Positions 8,459 through 18,900 of a stretch of DNA of 64,000 bases are shown here, piece by piece. Within the stretch, counting starts at the first letter, position 1. Every line of letters starts with the position of its first letter. Where the stretch lies: contig CAVOFT010000001.1 of NCBI GenBank assembly GCA_963695095.1, positions 2,336,001 through 2,400,000 of the forward strand, read 5' to 3'. The stretch is from an uncultured bacterium (lineage in GTDB: Bacteria; Krumholzibacteriota; Krumholzibacteriia; JACNKJ01). The notes under the pieces are model-generated. The model was not told the origin of the DNA. It made no database searches and saw only the letters and a list, made by a program, of their open reading frames with translations. The position numbers and the translations under genes were made by a program.

Positions 8459-11197
8459 TCAGCGCAGAAGCAGGAGTCTCTGGACGCGAGTCTCGCCCTG
8501 CGCGGCGAGGCGCGCGAGGTAGAGGCCCGAGGCGAGCGGACGGCCGTCGTCATCGCGGCCGTCCCAGTGCCGCGTCTGGGCCCCCGCGGGCTGCATGGCC
8601 GCAAGCAGGGTGCGCACGCGCCTGCCGCTGACGTCGAGAATGCTGAGTTCGGCGGCACCCGGCGCCGGGAGCGTGAAGCTCAGCGTCGTGCTCGGATTGA
8701 AAGGGTTGGGATAGGCCGGCGCCAGGCCGAGCGCAGCGGGCGACGGGGCGGAACCCACGGGCGTCGCCACCCAGGGCTCAGCGCAGAAGTGCTCGAGCAG
8801 GAAGGCGCAGTTGCTGCGCAAGGCGCTGTGTTCCAGGCGGTAGGGCCGCGCGGCCAGGTAGATGAAATGGGCCCCTTCGGGTCGCTGCGCACCCCCACCC
8901 GGCGCCTGCGCGTGAACACCGAGGCCGCGCGGCGCGGCAAAGCCCGCATCGTCCACGAGCAGCAGATCGCTGTCCGGACCGACCGCCGGCCAGAAGACGT
9001 CGACGTTGTTCTGCAGACTCGTGAAGGGGAGATCCACCAAGGCCGGGTAGACCGCGCTGCAGGCGGCGAGGGTGGCATCGGTCTCCGCCCAGTCGATGCC
9101 GGCGTAGGCGGCGAACTCATCCCCGAGCCACTGCGCGCCACGGCGGCCGATGACGATCAGGTTCCCGCCGGCGACGAGGTAGTCGTAGAGCGGCGTCTCC
9201 TGCCAGTAGTGGCGGTCGCCGTACTCGTCGTCGGCGATCCAGATCACGGTCGAGTAGCGCGCAAGCACTTCGCCCGGCACGGCGCCGTGGCCGAGGGCCG
9301 GCGGCAGGTTGGCGGGCAGGGCGACGCCCGGCCAGGCATCGAAGCAGTCCCAGAAGCTGATCGGCAGGTCGCCCCAGAAGGCGCGGTCTGCATAGGCCGT
9401 CACGATCTCCTGCTTGCGCAGGCCCCAGTGCACGGCGTTGACGAGCAGGATGCCGCGGTCGAAGCTGGGCAGCGTGAGCGGACTGCGCGTGTGGCAGAGC
9501 AGCCAGCTCTCGGGGTCGAGCTGCACGAAGCTGGGCTCGCCGCCGGCCGGCAGCAGGTAGCTCTCGGTGGCCTGGCTGTTCTGCACGGTGAAGTCCTGCG
9601 TGTTGCCGGCCGCGTTCGTCACGCGGACATCGATGGGCAGGCTGAAGAGGCCGGCATCGCTTTGCACCTGATCGATCGTGAGCTCGATCCCCCCGGCCTG
9701 CGGCGTCCAGTGGTAGCGGTAGTCGGGCATCCCGCCGCCGTAGATCCATTCGGCGAAGAAGGCCTCCAGGTCGCGGCCGGAGGCCGCCTCGAGCGCGGCG
9801 CGGAACTGCTCGGTGGTCGCCGTGCCGAAAGCCTGGGCGGCGAGATAGGCGCGCAGGCCGGCGAAGAAGGCGCCGTCCCCCACGATGTGGCGCAGCATGT
9901 GGACGACCCAGGACGCCTTGTTGTAGGAGAGGTCGTGATCGAAGATGGGCTCGTTCTGCGGATCCTCGACGAAGATCGTGCCCTCGCCGTAGTAGGCAGC
10001 CAGCTCCATGTAGAGCTGGTACATCTCGAAGTGGCGGCTGTGCTCCATCCAGAAGGCCTCGGCCCAGGTGGCCAGCCCCTCGTTCAGCCAGATGTGCCCG
10101 AAATCCGCGCAGGTCACGAAATCGCCGAACCACTGGTGGGCCAGCTCGTGCGAGACGCCGTCTTCCCACCAGCCCCTGATGCTGGTCAGGGTCTGGTGCT
10201 CCATGCCGCCGCCCCAGAGGAAGTGCGCATGGCCGTACTTCTCCGCGACGAAGGGATACTCGCCGAAGGCGGGCGCGAAGAGGTTCAGCATGGGCACGGT
10301 CTTGGCGAAGATCGGCTGGCTGTCCGCCCACCAATCGGCGAAGACATAGTGCGTCACCGGCATCGGCGCGCCGCCGGCCTGGGGCGTGTAGGCCTCGGCG
10401 TGGACTTCGTAGGGATGGGCCGCGAGCGAGACCAGATAGGTGCAGATCGGGTAGTCGGAGTGCCAGTGGTAGGTCCGCGTGAGCCCGTTGTCCGTGAGGT
10501 TCCGCAGCAGACCGTTGCTGGCCACGATCAGAGCCGCCGGCACCGTCACATGCAGATCGAGCGAATCCGCCTTGTCCGTGGGGACATCCTTGCAGGGCCA
10601 CCAGGTGGGCGCGCCGAAGGGCTCGCTCTTGGTCCAGATCATCGGCTGCCCGGCGTGGCTGTCCCAGCCGAAGTAGCCGGTCTCGGGGCCGGCGGTGGGA
10701 TCCCCCCCATAGTCCACTGCCACGCTCATCAGCTCGCCGGGCTGGTAGACGCGATCGAGGGTCACGCTGAGCAGCGCCTCAGCGTGGCTGAAGCCCACGA
10801 CCTGGCCGCCGGACCGGGTTGCACTGACCGTCAGCTGGTCCGCCAGGTCGAGAATGAGCTCGGCCAGGGGGGAGCTGCCGACGCTGGCCAGCAGCGTGAG
10901 CGTGCCGCTGAGCTGCTGGGTGGCCGGGACGAGAGTGAGCGCGAGATCGTAATGGTGAACGTCGTAGGCGGCGTCATCGCGGGCGGCGCGTCCGGTGCCG
11001 AGCAGCCAGCCGCGGGCGAGCGGCTCCTTGGCCGCGGCCTCGGCCCGGCGCGCCTCGAGCAGGCCTGGCGCCAGCTCCGCGCCCTCCCCCGTCTGCGCCT
11101 GCGCCGGGCCGCCGAGCAGTAAGGCACAGGCAAGCAGCGCCGGTCTGAACTGCCGCCAGCGCCACTCTTGCCGCGGGGAACCGAGCCTATCGGGCAT
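8459..11197 (-). CDS. Secreted M1-family aminopeptidase with FlgD/T9SS-like CTD
   Basis: YDVHHYDL, WWPCKD, GGMEH, HELAHQWFG-x-NEG; C-terminal YPNPFNP...WDGRDDDG...SGLY. Confidence 0.92.
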   Translation of the reverse strand: MPDRLGSPRQEWRWRQFRPALLACALLLGGPAQAQTGEGAELAPGLLEARRAEAAAKEPLARGWLLGTGRAARDDAAYDVHHYDLALTLVPATQQLSGTLTLLASVGSSPLAELILDLADQLTVSATRSGGQVVGFSHAEALLSVTLDRVYQPGELMSVAVDYGGDPTAGPETGYFGWDSHAGQPMIWTKSEPFGAPTWWPCKDVPTDKADSLDLHVTVPAALIVASNGLLRNLTDNGLTRTYHWHSDYPICTYLVSLAAHPYEVHAEAYTPQAGGAPMPVTHYVFADWWADSQPIFAKTVPMLNLFAPAFGEYPFVAEKYGHAHFLWGGGMEHQTLTSIRGWWEDGVSHELAHQWFGDFVTCADFGHIWLNEGLATWAEAFWMEHSRHFEMYQLYMELAAYYGEGTIFVEDPQNEPIFDHDLSYNKASWVVHMLRHIVGDGAFFAGLRAYLAAQAFGTATTEQFRAALEAASGRDLEAFFAEWIYGGGMPDYRYHWTPQAGGIELTIDQVQSDAGLFSLPIDVRVTNAAGNTQDFTVQNSQATESYLLPAGGEPSFVQLDPESWLLCHTRSPLTLPSFDRGILLVNAVHWGLRKQEIVTAYADRAFWGDLPISFWDCFDAWPGVALPANLPPALGHGAVPGEVLARYSTVIWIADDEYGDRHYWQETPLYDYLVAGGNLIVIGRRGAQWLGDEFAAYAGIDWAETDATLAACSAVYPALVDLPFTSLQNNVDVFWPAVGPDSDLLLVDDAGFAAPRGLGVHAQAPGGGAQRPEGAHFIYLAARPYRLEHSALRSNCAFLLEHFCAEPWVATPVGSAPSPAALGLAPAYPNPFNPSTTLSFTLPAPGAAELSILDVSGRRVRTLLAAMQPAGAQTRHWDGRDDDGRPLASGLYLARLAAQGETRVQRLLLLR

Positions 11198-11308
11198 GCC
11201 GTCTCCTGTCGGTCGGTCCAGGCCCCCACCTCCCACCAGCGCTGCTCCCCATTATAGCCGGAATCCGGCGGTGCCGGGGCCGCGAACTCGGCGCTGCTGC
11301 TGGCGGGC

Positions 11309-11343
11309 AAAGAGAAGGGAGGCGACCCCCAGGGCCGCCTCCC
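11309..11343 (-). terminator. Intrinsic terminator downstream of the M12B protease
   Basis: Minus strand GGGAGGCGGCCC-loop-GGGTCGCCTCCC followed by TTCTCTTT. Confidence 0.7.
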
Positions 11344-11383
11344 GATTCACCGCAGCGCGCCAGGCAGCGCCAATCGCGCGTGC

Positions 11384-13651
11384 CTAGCGGAGAATGGTCA
11401 TTTGCCCCGTGAGCGACTCGCCCAGGGTGTCGAGCCGATAGAAGTAGACGCCGGCGCTGAGCGGTCGTCCCGCCGCGTCTGTGCCGTCCCAGGTCACCTG
11501 GTTGTTGCCGGAGCCCACCTCGCCCGTCACCAGCGTGCGCACGCGGCGGCCGGAGAGGTCGTAGACGCTGAGTTCGGCCCGGCCGCTCGCCGGCATCACG
11601 AAGCTGAGCGTGGTCTCGCCGCCGAAGGGATTCGGGCGGTTGGCCAGAAGCTGCGGGCGTAGCCCGAAGGGCGCGTCCGCGACGCCCGTGGCGTCGTCGA
11701 TCATGAAGTTCGCGTTCGATACGTCGAAGAAGATGTTGTTCGCCGCCTCCACCTTCACCCGCGCCAGGTTGGTGGCAACATTCGGCGCGACGACCAGCTC
11801 CGAGCCGTCGTTGGCCGTGCCGCTGGCCAACAGGTAGGGCCAGGTGTAGCCGCCGTCGACGGAGAGCCGGATGTTCACCGTGCTGCAGCTGACCGGCGCC
11901 GCCGTGGTGCCGGCCACGTCCCAGGTGACGGTGTACTGGCTACCGCCGTTCCAGGTCAGGACGGTGTTGGGCGAGGTGACAAGGAAGGGACCCGAGGCGG
12001 CCACACTGAAGGAGATCCCATCGTTGATCACGCCCACGCCCCCCGCCTGCACGTCGCGCACGACGCACTTGAAGGTGAGCGAGCGCGCATAGGTCGGCAG
12101 CAACTCGCCGATCGTGTGCGTGTTGCTGAGCAGGTTGAACAACTTGGGGAAGGTGCGCGTGGGATCGGCCACCGGATCGAAGGAACGGAAGATGGGCGCG
12201 TTGCCCACGGGCGTGTCGGGGTGGCCGGCGGCACCCAGATCCGATTCCTCCCAGCAGTAGGTGGCGGCGCCCGTGGTCGTCGCGGTGGCGGTGAGCGCGA
12301 AAGGCGTGTTCAGCGGGATCGAGAAACCGCTGGTGCCGGCGTCCACGATCGGCTCGACGACGCCGGTGGGCGTAGTTGCCGGGCAGCCGTTGCCGAAGCT
12401 CGAGGTCGTGTAGGTGACGATCTCCTGGATATTGATCCAGTGGAAGTAGTCATCGCTGTGGGCCTGCAGGTTCTGCGGCGAGCAGATCCCGGCGTAGGCC
12501 ATGATCGTCGAGCCGCTGCCCGGCTCGTAGGCGGTGGCCGCGTTGCGGTTGCCGCCCGCGCAAGAGCCGGCGCTGCCGTTGAAGCTATGGTTGCCGCCGT
12601 ACTGATGGCCGATCTCGTGGGCAACGTAGTCGATGTCGAAGTTGTCGCCGATCGGCGCATTGAGACCCGTGACGCCCCGGGCCTTCAGGCCGGCCCGGCA
12701 GACGACGCCGAGCCCGGCGATGCCGCCGCCGCCCGTGGAGAAGACGTGGCCGATGTCGTAGTTGGCGGTGCCGATCACGGCGTCGAGATTGGCCTGATTC
12801 TGGCCGAGCATCGTGCCGCCGTTGTTGTTGGTGTAGGGATCCGTGGCCCCGTTCGTGTAGATGATCACGTTGTTGTTGGCGATCAGCTGCATGCGCACCG
12901 AGACTTCCTTCTCGTAGACGCCGGTGACGCGGTTCATGCTCGTCGTGACGGCGGCCAGGCCGGACGCCACCGTGCCGCCGTGGTAGGCCGTGTACTCGCC
13001 GGTCGCCGCCACGGCCGCGCGGTAGGTGCGCAGCTGCGTGCCGGAGCGGTCGCCGGCGCCCTCGCCGACCAGGCGACGCAGCTCCTCGCCCATGCCGTCC
13101 TCGTCGATCACCGTGCAGCCGGCCGGATCCCGCCGCGTGAGCACGTTGTCGCGCTTGTAGTAGCTCTGGTAGTGGCGATCATCACCGCGCTGGAAGGGAT
13201 CGATGTAGACGGTGCCGCGCGACGACAGGATGAAGCCATGGAAGCCGACGGGCGTGATGTCCAGGCGCACCGTGGCGTAGGGATCGTCCAGGCCACGGCC
13301 GGTGAAGGTGCGGATCTCGGGGTACTGCTCGCCGAGCTCGGGGGCGAGCAGGTCGGTGACCAGGATCGCAAAGCGCTCGAAGCTGCCGTCGGGCAGGGGC
13401 AGCTCGATGATCGCGGCCTGATCGGCCTCCACCACGTTCTCGTGGGGCACCGTGGCCAGCTGCGCGCGCAGCGCGTCGAGATCGGCGCTCAGGGCCCGGT
13501 ACTGCGCGGGCGTCGTCGGCCGGTCGTAGGTAGGCGCGATCGCCTCGGGAGCGACGTCGGTCCAGATGGAGGCGGCGAAGGCGAAGCTGCTGCTCGCCAG
13601 GAGCAGGAGCAACGCCGCGGCGAGCCGCAGCGGCGAGAGCGGTCTGAACAT
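11384..13651 (-). CDS. Secreted reprolysin-like (M12B) zinc metalloprotease with FlgD/T9SS-like CTD
   Basis: Signal peptide, propeptide, HEIGHQYGGNH, Met-turn STIMAY; C-terminal NRPNPF...WDGTDAAG...AGVYFYRL. Confidence 0.92.
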   Translation of the reverse strand: MFRPLSPLRLAAALLLLLASSSFAFAASIWTDVAPEAIAPTYDRPTTPAQYRALSADLDALRAQLATVPHENVVEADQAAIIELPLPDGSFERFAILVTDLLAPELGEQYPEIRTFTGRGLDDPYATVRLDITPVGFHGFILSSRGTVYIDPFQRGDDRHYQSYYKRDNVLTRRDPAGCTVIDEDGMGEELRRLVGEGAGDRSGTQLRTYRAAVAATGEYTAYHGGTVASGLAAVTTSMNRVTGVYEKEVSVRMQLIANNNVIIYTNGATDPYTNNNGGTMLGQNQANLDAVIGTANYDIGHVFSTGGGGIAGLGVVCRAGLKARGVTGLNAPIGDNFDIDYVAHEIGHQYGGNHSFNGSAGSCAGGNRNAATAYEPGSGSTIMAYAGICSPQNLQAHSDDYFHWINIQEIVTYTTSSFGNGCPATTPTGVVEPIVDAGTSGFSIPLNTPFALTATATTTGAATYCWEESDLGAAGHPDTPVGNAPIFRSFDPVADPTRTFPKLFNLLSNTHTIGELLPTYARSLTFKCVVRDVQAGGVGVINDGISFSVAASGPFLVTSPNTVLTWNGGSQYTVTWDVAGTTAAPVSCSTVNIRLSVDGGYTWPYLLASGTANDGSELVVAPNVATNLARVKVEAANNIFFDVSNANFMIDDATGVADAPFGLRPQLLANRPNPFGGETTLSFVMPASGRAELSVYDLSGRRVRTLVTGEVGSGNNQVTWDGTDAAGRPLSAGVYFYRLDTLGESLTGQMTILR

Positions 13652-13848
13652 GTGGTTCCTCCGGGGGATGATAGCGAAGAGCCAGCGGTGCGCGGCGCGC
13701 CCGAGCTTGTGCTTAGGGACTAGATGGTAGCATGAAAAGCTCCGAAATCCCATCTGAAATGAGAGATCTCGGATTTCAGGGTCGCGGATCGCGCTGGGTC
13801 CCATCGGGACCAGCGGATCGGCTCACCGGGCGGCCCCGGGCCGAGCGC

Positions 13849-14070
13849 TCAGTGGAGCGCCTTCACCGCCGAGAAGCTCAGAGGAGCCGTCGGCGTCGGT
13901 GTAGAAGAAGGCGATGCGGTCACCGTGCTGAGATCGCGCTCGCCATTCGTGAAGTAGAGCCAGCGCCAGCTCAGCGTCAGGGCCGTGATGATCAGATCCT
14001 GAGGGCACTGGGCGAGGAGGCCCCCATGGCCGAGCTCGGCGCTGATATAGAGCTGCTGCCTTGGCTGAAT
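13849..14070 (-). pseudogene. Probable orphan 3' fragment of a secreted protein gene
   Basis: Frame reads ...LYISAELGHGGLLAQCPQDLIITALTLSWRWLYFTNGERDLSTVTASPSSTPTPTAPLSFSAVKALH*; no convincing start; hairpin at about 13787-13820 follows the stop. Confidence 0.4.
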
Positions 14071-14106
14071 TCGTTGTACATTGTGGGCAGCCTTGGAGGT
14101 ACCCCG

Positions 14107-14373
14107 ATGCAAGCGATACGCAACTTGACGAGCGCTCCCCTCAGGATCTCGCTTCCCGGCGGCAAGGTCCTGCACCTGGGCCCCGGCAAGACCGCCCAGA
14201 TCGAGGACAGGGCCACCGAACACGCCGGGGTGAAGCGCCTCGTGGAGGCGGGCTCGATCGAGATCCTGGGCGAGGGGACGCGGGCAGAGGGATTCGCCGG
14301 CCCGGGGACCGGCACGGAGCAGACCCAGGGCCGGTCCAAGTCGCCCTTTCGCCGGCGCCAGGGCGAGCGCTAG
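14107..14373 (+). CDS. Small hypothetical protein (88 aa)
   Basis: GGAGG RBS before ATG; MQAIRNLTSAPLRISLPGGKVLHLGPGKTAQI... has protein-like composition. Confidence 0.7.
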   Translation: MQAIRNLTSAPLRISLPGGKVLHLGPGKTAQIEDRATEHAGVKRLVEAGSIEILGEGTRAEGFAGPGTGTEQTQGRSKSPFRRRQGER

Positions 14374-14442
14374 CGGGAGCGCAGCTGCTCCCCCCGCCGG
14401 CGGCGCACGCAGCCCAGAAACAAAGACTGGCATGATTCACGC

Positions 14443-14629
14443 TAACGGAGTAGCTTGAGCACTCCGAGCGGGCTCCCGCCCGCCAGCGGCGAACAACAGG
14501 ACCTCCGATCCCCATCCGAGGTCACGCCGCGCGAACACCCCTCTTGCCCTTCACTGTTGTTTGGGTTGGAACTCTCGACCGCAGCCCGCGGGCTCTGCCT
14601 GCACGCTGACGGCGGAAACCAAGGACTGT
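14443..14629 (+). ncRNA. Putative structured 5' leader RNA of the DEAD-box helicase
   Basis: Nested complementary pairs: CGGAGT/ACTCCG, CCGCCAGCG/CGCTG-ac-GGCGG, AACAACAG/CTGTTGTT, GACCTC/GAGGTC. Confidence 0.45.
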
Positions 14630-15869
14630 ATGCCTGACTCAGCTACGCTCGCCCGAACCGGCTTCGACCGCTTCGGGCTCCACGCCTCCCTCCTGCGCGG
14701 CATCCGCGATGCCGGCTTCACCAAGCCCTGGCCGATCCAGGACGAGACCATTCCCGCCGGCCTCGCGGGCCGCGACGTCCTGGGCCTGGCCCATGACCGG
14801 CACCGGCAAGACGGCCGCCTTCGCGCTGCCCCTGCTCGATCGGCTGCTCGCGGGACGCGGCCGGGGCCCGCGCGCCCTCGTGCTCGCCCCCACCCGCGAG
14901 CTCGCCACGCAGATCGCGGCCGAGATCCGCCTCCTCGCCGCGCACAGCTCCATCAAGGCCGTCACCATCTTCGGCGGCGTCCCGGCGGCCCGCCAGATCC
15001 GCCAGCTGCAGCAGCGCCCGGAGATCGTGGTCGGCTGTCCCGGCCGCATCCTCGACCTGCTCCAGCAGGGCGAGCTTCGCCTCGATCAGGTCGAGACCCT
15101 CGTCATCGACGAAGCCGATCACATGTTCGACATGGGCTTCCTGCCGGACATTCGCCGGATCCTCGGCGCCCTGCCGGCACGCCGGCAGAACCTGCTCTTT
15201 TCGGCCACCATGCCGGCAGAGGTCCGCCGACTGGCGGACAACGTCCTCAGGGATCCCCAGGTGGTCGAGCTGGCCGACAGCGCACCGGCCAGCACCGTCG
15301 CTCATGCGCTGGTGCTGGTGCCGGAGCAGTCCAAGCGCGACTTGCTCGAACACCTGCTGACCCATGACGACTGCGATTCGGCCATCGTCTTCACGCGCAC
15401 GAAGCGGAGGGCCCGGCAGCTCGCCGAGCAGCTCAACCTGGCCGGGCACCGCGCCGTGGGACTCCAGGGCAATCTCTCCCAGCCCCAGCGCGATCGGGCC
15501 ATGGCCGGCTTCCGCTCGCGGCAGTTCAACATCCTCGTGGCGACGGACATCGTGGCGCGCGGCATCGACGTCAGCGGCGTCTCCCACGTGATCAACTTCG
15601 ACGTGCCGAACACGCCGGAGGCCTACACGCATCGCATCGGCCGCACGGGCCGCGCGATGCTCACGGGCGTGGCCTGCACCTTCGTCACCGGCGAGGATCA
15701 CGGCTGGGTGCGCGCGACCGAGCGGATGATCGGCGCTGCGATCCCGCGCCGACAGATCGAGGGCTTCCGGTCCGATGTCGCCGACGCCCGCCAGCAGCCC
15801 ATCAGCCCGCCGCCGAGCCGCCGCTTCGCGTCGCCGGCTAGCAGTCGCGGCAACCGGCGTTACCGCTAG
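14630..15869 (+). CDS. DEAD-box RNA helicase (RhlE-like), frameshift near 14790
   Basis: Q motif GFTKPWPIQ, TGTGKT, PTRELA, DEAD, SAT, HRIGRTGR; frame change between LGLA and TGTGKT. Confidence 0.9.
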
Positions 15870-15947
15870 TCGCTCACGCGGCCGGCTCCTCCCCCGAGGA
15901 GCCGGCCGCCTTGAGCGGTCGCTGCGCTTCCGGGCCGCGCCCGGGGA

Positions 15948-18900
15948 TCATTTCACCAGCAGCATCTTCCGGCAGAGCGACTCGCCGCCGGCCTGCAGGC
16001 GATAGAGGTAGACGCCGCTGGCAGCGGGCCGACCCTGCTCGTCGCGGCCGAGCCAGATCGCCTCGTGGCCGCCGGCCCCGAGCTGCTCGTCGACCAGGGT
16101 CGCCAGCTTGCGGCCGCTGATGTCGAAGACGGCCAAGGTGACCCGGCCGGCGGTCGGCAAGCTGAAGGCGATCCGCGTGCTCGGATTGAAGGGGTTGGGG
16201 TGGTTCGACGCCAGGGCCAGGCGCCCGGGCAGAGCCGCGGGCGGCGCGTCGGTGAGATCCGCGATGACGGCGGTGAGCAGGAAGTCGTCGACGCCGGCAT
16301 CCACGAGCGAAGCGCCGCCCTCGTCGGAGGCCACGAAGCGGACCTGCACGTGGTCGGTGAGGCTGATGTGCTGGGTCAATTCGAAGCTCATGAAGGTCCA
16401 CGCCGCCGCCGTGGTCAGCGTGTGCTCGAGGCTGACCCAGTTGAGACCGTCGTTCGTCACGTCGACGTCCCAGTAGTCGGAATCCGGGTTGTTGCCCCAG
16501 GAGTTGGTGTACCAGCGCCAGTAGCTGACGGTCGCCGAGGCCGCCTGCGAGAGGTCGAAGACGGGGCTCAGCAGGGTGGTCTTGCCGCCGTCGACGTCGT
16601 CGCCGCCCGCCGCGCCGCCGGGTACGCCGTTGCCGGTCACGAAGCAGAGCGTGCCGGGGGCGCTGGTGTGGTCGTCCTCGGGCTGGATCGGGTAGCCATT
16701 GTAGGACGTGCCGACGGGGTCCACGCGCACCCACTGGCCGAGGACCGCGTCGTCGTCCGGCGCGCCGATCGTCCAGCCGCGGTCGGCCTCGAGGTCGTCG
16801 AACCAACCGCCGATGGAAAGCTCGAGCGCCAGGTCGGCCGCGAAGCCGGCGAGGTCCGCGACCGCGAGGGCGAGGTCCACGTAGCCCGGCTCGGGACAGG
16901 ACGCGAGGATCTCCACGCCGAAGCCGGCGAGGGTGCCGGTGCCACCGGCCGGGATGGCAGCGCAGCCGCCGCCGGGCGCCGTGATCACCGCGTGCGGATC
17001 CACGCTCGCCAGCAGGCCCGTGAGCTCGCCAGAGTCCGAGTGCCCGACATTGGCGACCAGGATCGCGAGGCTGACGGTCTCGCCGGCCTCCGCCGTGCCG
17101 TCGCCGTCGCCGCCCGGGTAGACGTCGTTGATCGTCAAGCCGGCCAGCGCGAGGACCGGCGCCTGCAGCGTCAGGCTGAACGCCGCGTCCCAGGATCCGC
17201 CATCGCCGTCGATGTGCACGCTGATCTGCGCGACGTGGCCGTCCGGCGCGTTGCCCGCCACCAGGACGGGGCAGGCCGTCGCACTCGCGGCCTCGCTGCC
17301 GGCGGGGATCGTCGGAAAGCTGAGCGGCGCGCCGTCGAGCGTCAGGTAGGGATCGTCGGTGGCGAGGGTCGCCGTCAGGCCCGTCGCCGCGTCCGCGCCG
17401 ACGTTCTGCAGCGAGAGCAGGAGCCCCGCCGCCTCGGCGTAGTCCAGCTCGCCATCGTCATCGCCGGCGGGATCGACGACCGTCACGGCGTCGAAGACCA
17501 GGTAGGGGCCGGCCGCCGGAATGATCGGCACCGCCTGGCGGTAGCGCAGGTTGTTCTGCCGCGTCACGGTCACGATCAGGTCCTGGCCCGGCAGCTGCGG
17601 CGCGATGGGGATCGTCCGCGGCAATCCGGTGCCCACGCCCGTGCCGATCAGCTCGCCGTCGACCGTCAGGCCGATCAGGGCACCCAGATCGGCGGTCATC
17701 GTGAACGCGTCGACGCCGGCGATCAGTTCTGTGGCGTGGGCGACGTTCAGCGGCTGCGGCGGATCGGAGTACACGGTCATGAAGGCGTCGCCGTGATGGT
17801 GGAACAGGTGGTCGGTATGGACCTTGTTCTGCGTGTTGTAGGGCCAGCTGGAGGCCTCCAGGAAGTACTTGCCCGCGACGTTGCCGAAGGCGGGCTGCAG
17901 GTCGTGCCGGCCGGGCAGGGCCGTAGCCCGGGTCGAAGTCCGGCCACATGCAGTCGTACATGCCGAAGATGTAGGCATCGTTGACGAAGGAGTAGGAGAT
18001 CTCCGAGGCGGCGATCAGGCCGAGGGCGCCCTGCCCATGGCGGTGGAAGACCTCGGTGAAGCAGTCGCTGCTGTAGTTGTACTTGCCGGTCAGGCAGTTG
18101 ATCGAGAAGACGAAGGTACAGGTCCTCGTTGTGCAGGCCCGAGAGGTCGCGTGCTGACGTAGTAGGGCTCGCCCCAGCCGTTCTCGGCGCCGTGGTCGCG
18201 GTGCAGCAGGATGAAGGCGCCGGCGTTGATGTCGTTGTTGATGCGCGTCGCGTTGCCGCCCCAGTCGGTCAGATGGGCGGCGGTGCCCGGGATGTAGCCG
18301 AGCCCGTTCGGGACCGAAGTAGTTGACCACCATGGTGGTGTTGGTCGCCGACGACCAGCTGCTGCCCGGCGTGCCCTCGTAGATCGCGTACTCGCGCACC
18401 GGCGTCTTGCCCAGGACGTTGGCCAGGTAGCCGTAGACGATCTCGGAGCAGAGGATGAACCAGCGCTCGGTCTGCCAGCCGCCGGCGATGATCGGGTTCT
18501 CGTAGAAGCCGGGGTTGGTGGGCGGCTGGCGCTCGTAGTCGAGCATCTTGCCGATCATCGTCGCGAGCTCGGCGCCGTTGCGCGCCGTGATGCGCGCGTG
18601 GACCATGTCGGGCAGGTCGTCGCCGTCGACGTCGGCGTAGATGTTGTCCGAGACGCAGTAGCTGTTCCAGATCGGCGAGACGATGGTCGGTCGCGGTCGA
18701 GCCGTAGTCGCCCAGCAGCAGGAAGGCCGCGGGCGGCGTGTCCCAGGTGTTGTAGGCGTTGTTGAGGAAGCTCTCGATCGCCGTCGTCGTGTTGCCGCCG
18801 ATCTCGGTCGTGGTGAAGACGTCGGTACGGATGCCCTGCTCGCGTGCGCCAGGTGCTTCAGCGTGTCGGCCCAGGCCATGAAGGCGGGGTCGTTCGGCGT

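Noticed and set aside
13823..14008. 61-aa ORF MPSGSDHH...
   Set aside because: No RBS or motif; the overlapping frame ending SFSAVKALH looks more protein-like.
14503..14514. CTCCGATCCCCA in the helicase leader resembling the reverse complement of the RRM RBS box
   Set aside because: Short, gapped, GC-rich match likely to arise by chance.
14780..14800. Programmed ribosomal frameshift in the helicase
   Set aside because: No slippery heptamer; it matches the many other scattered indels attributed to sequencing error.
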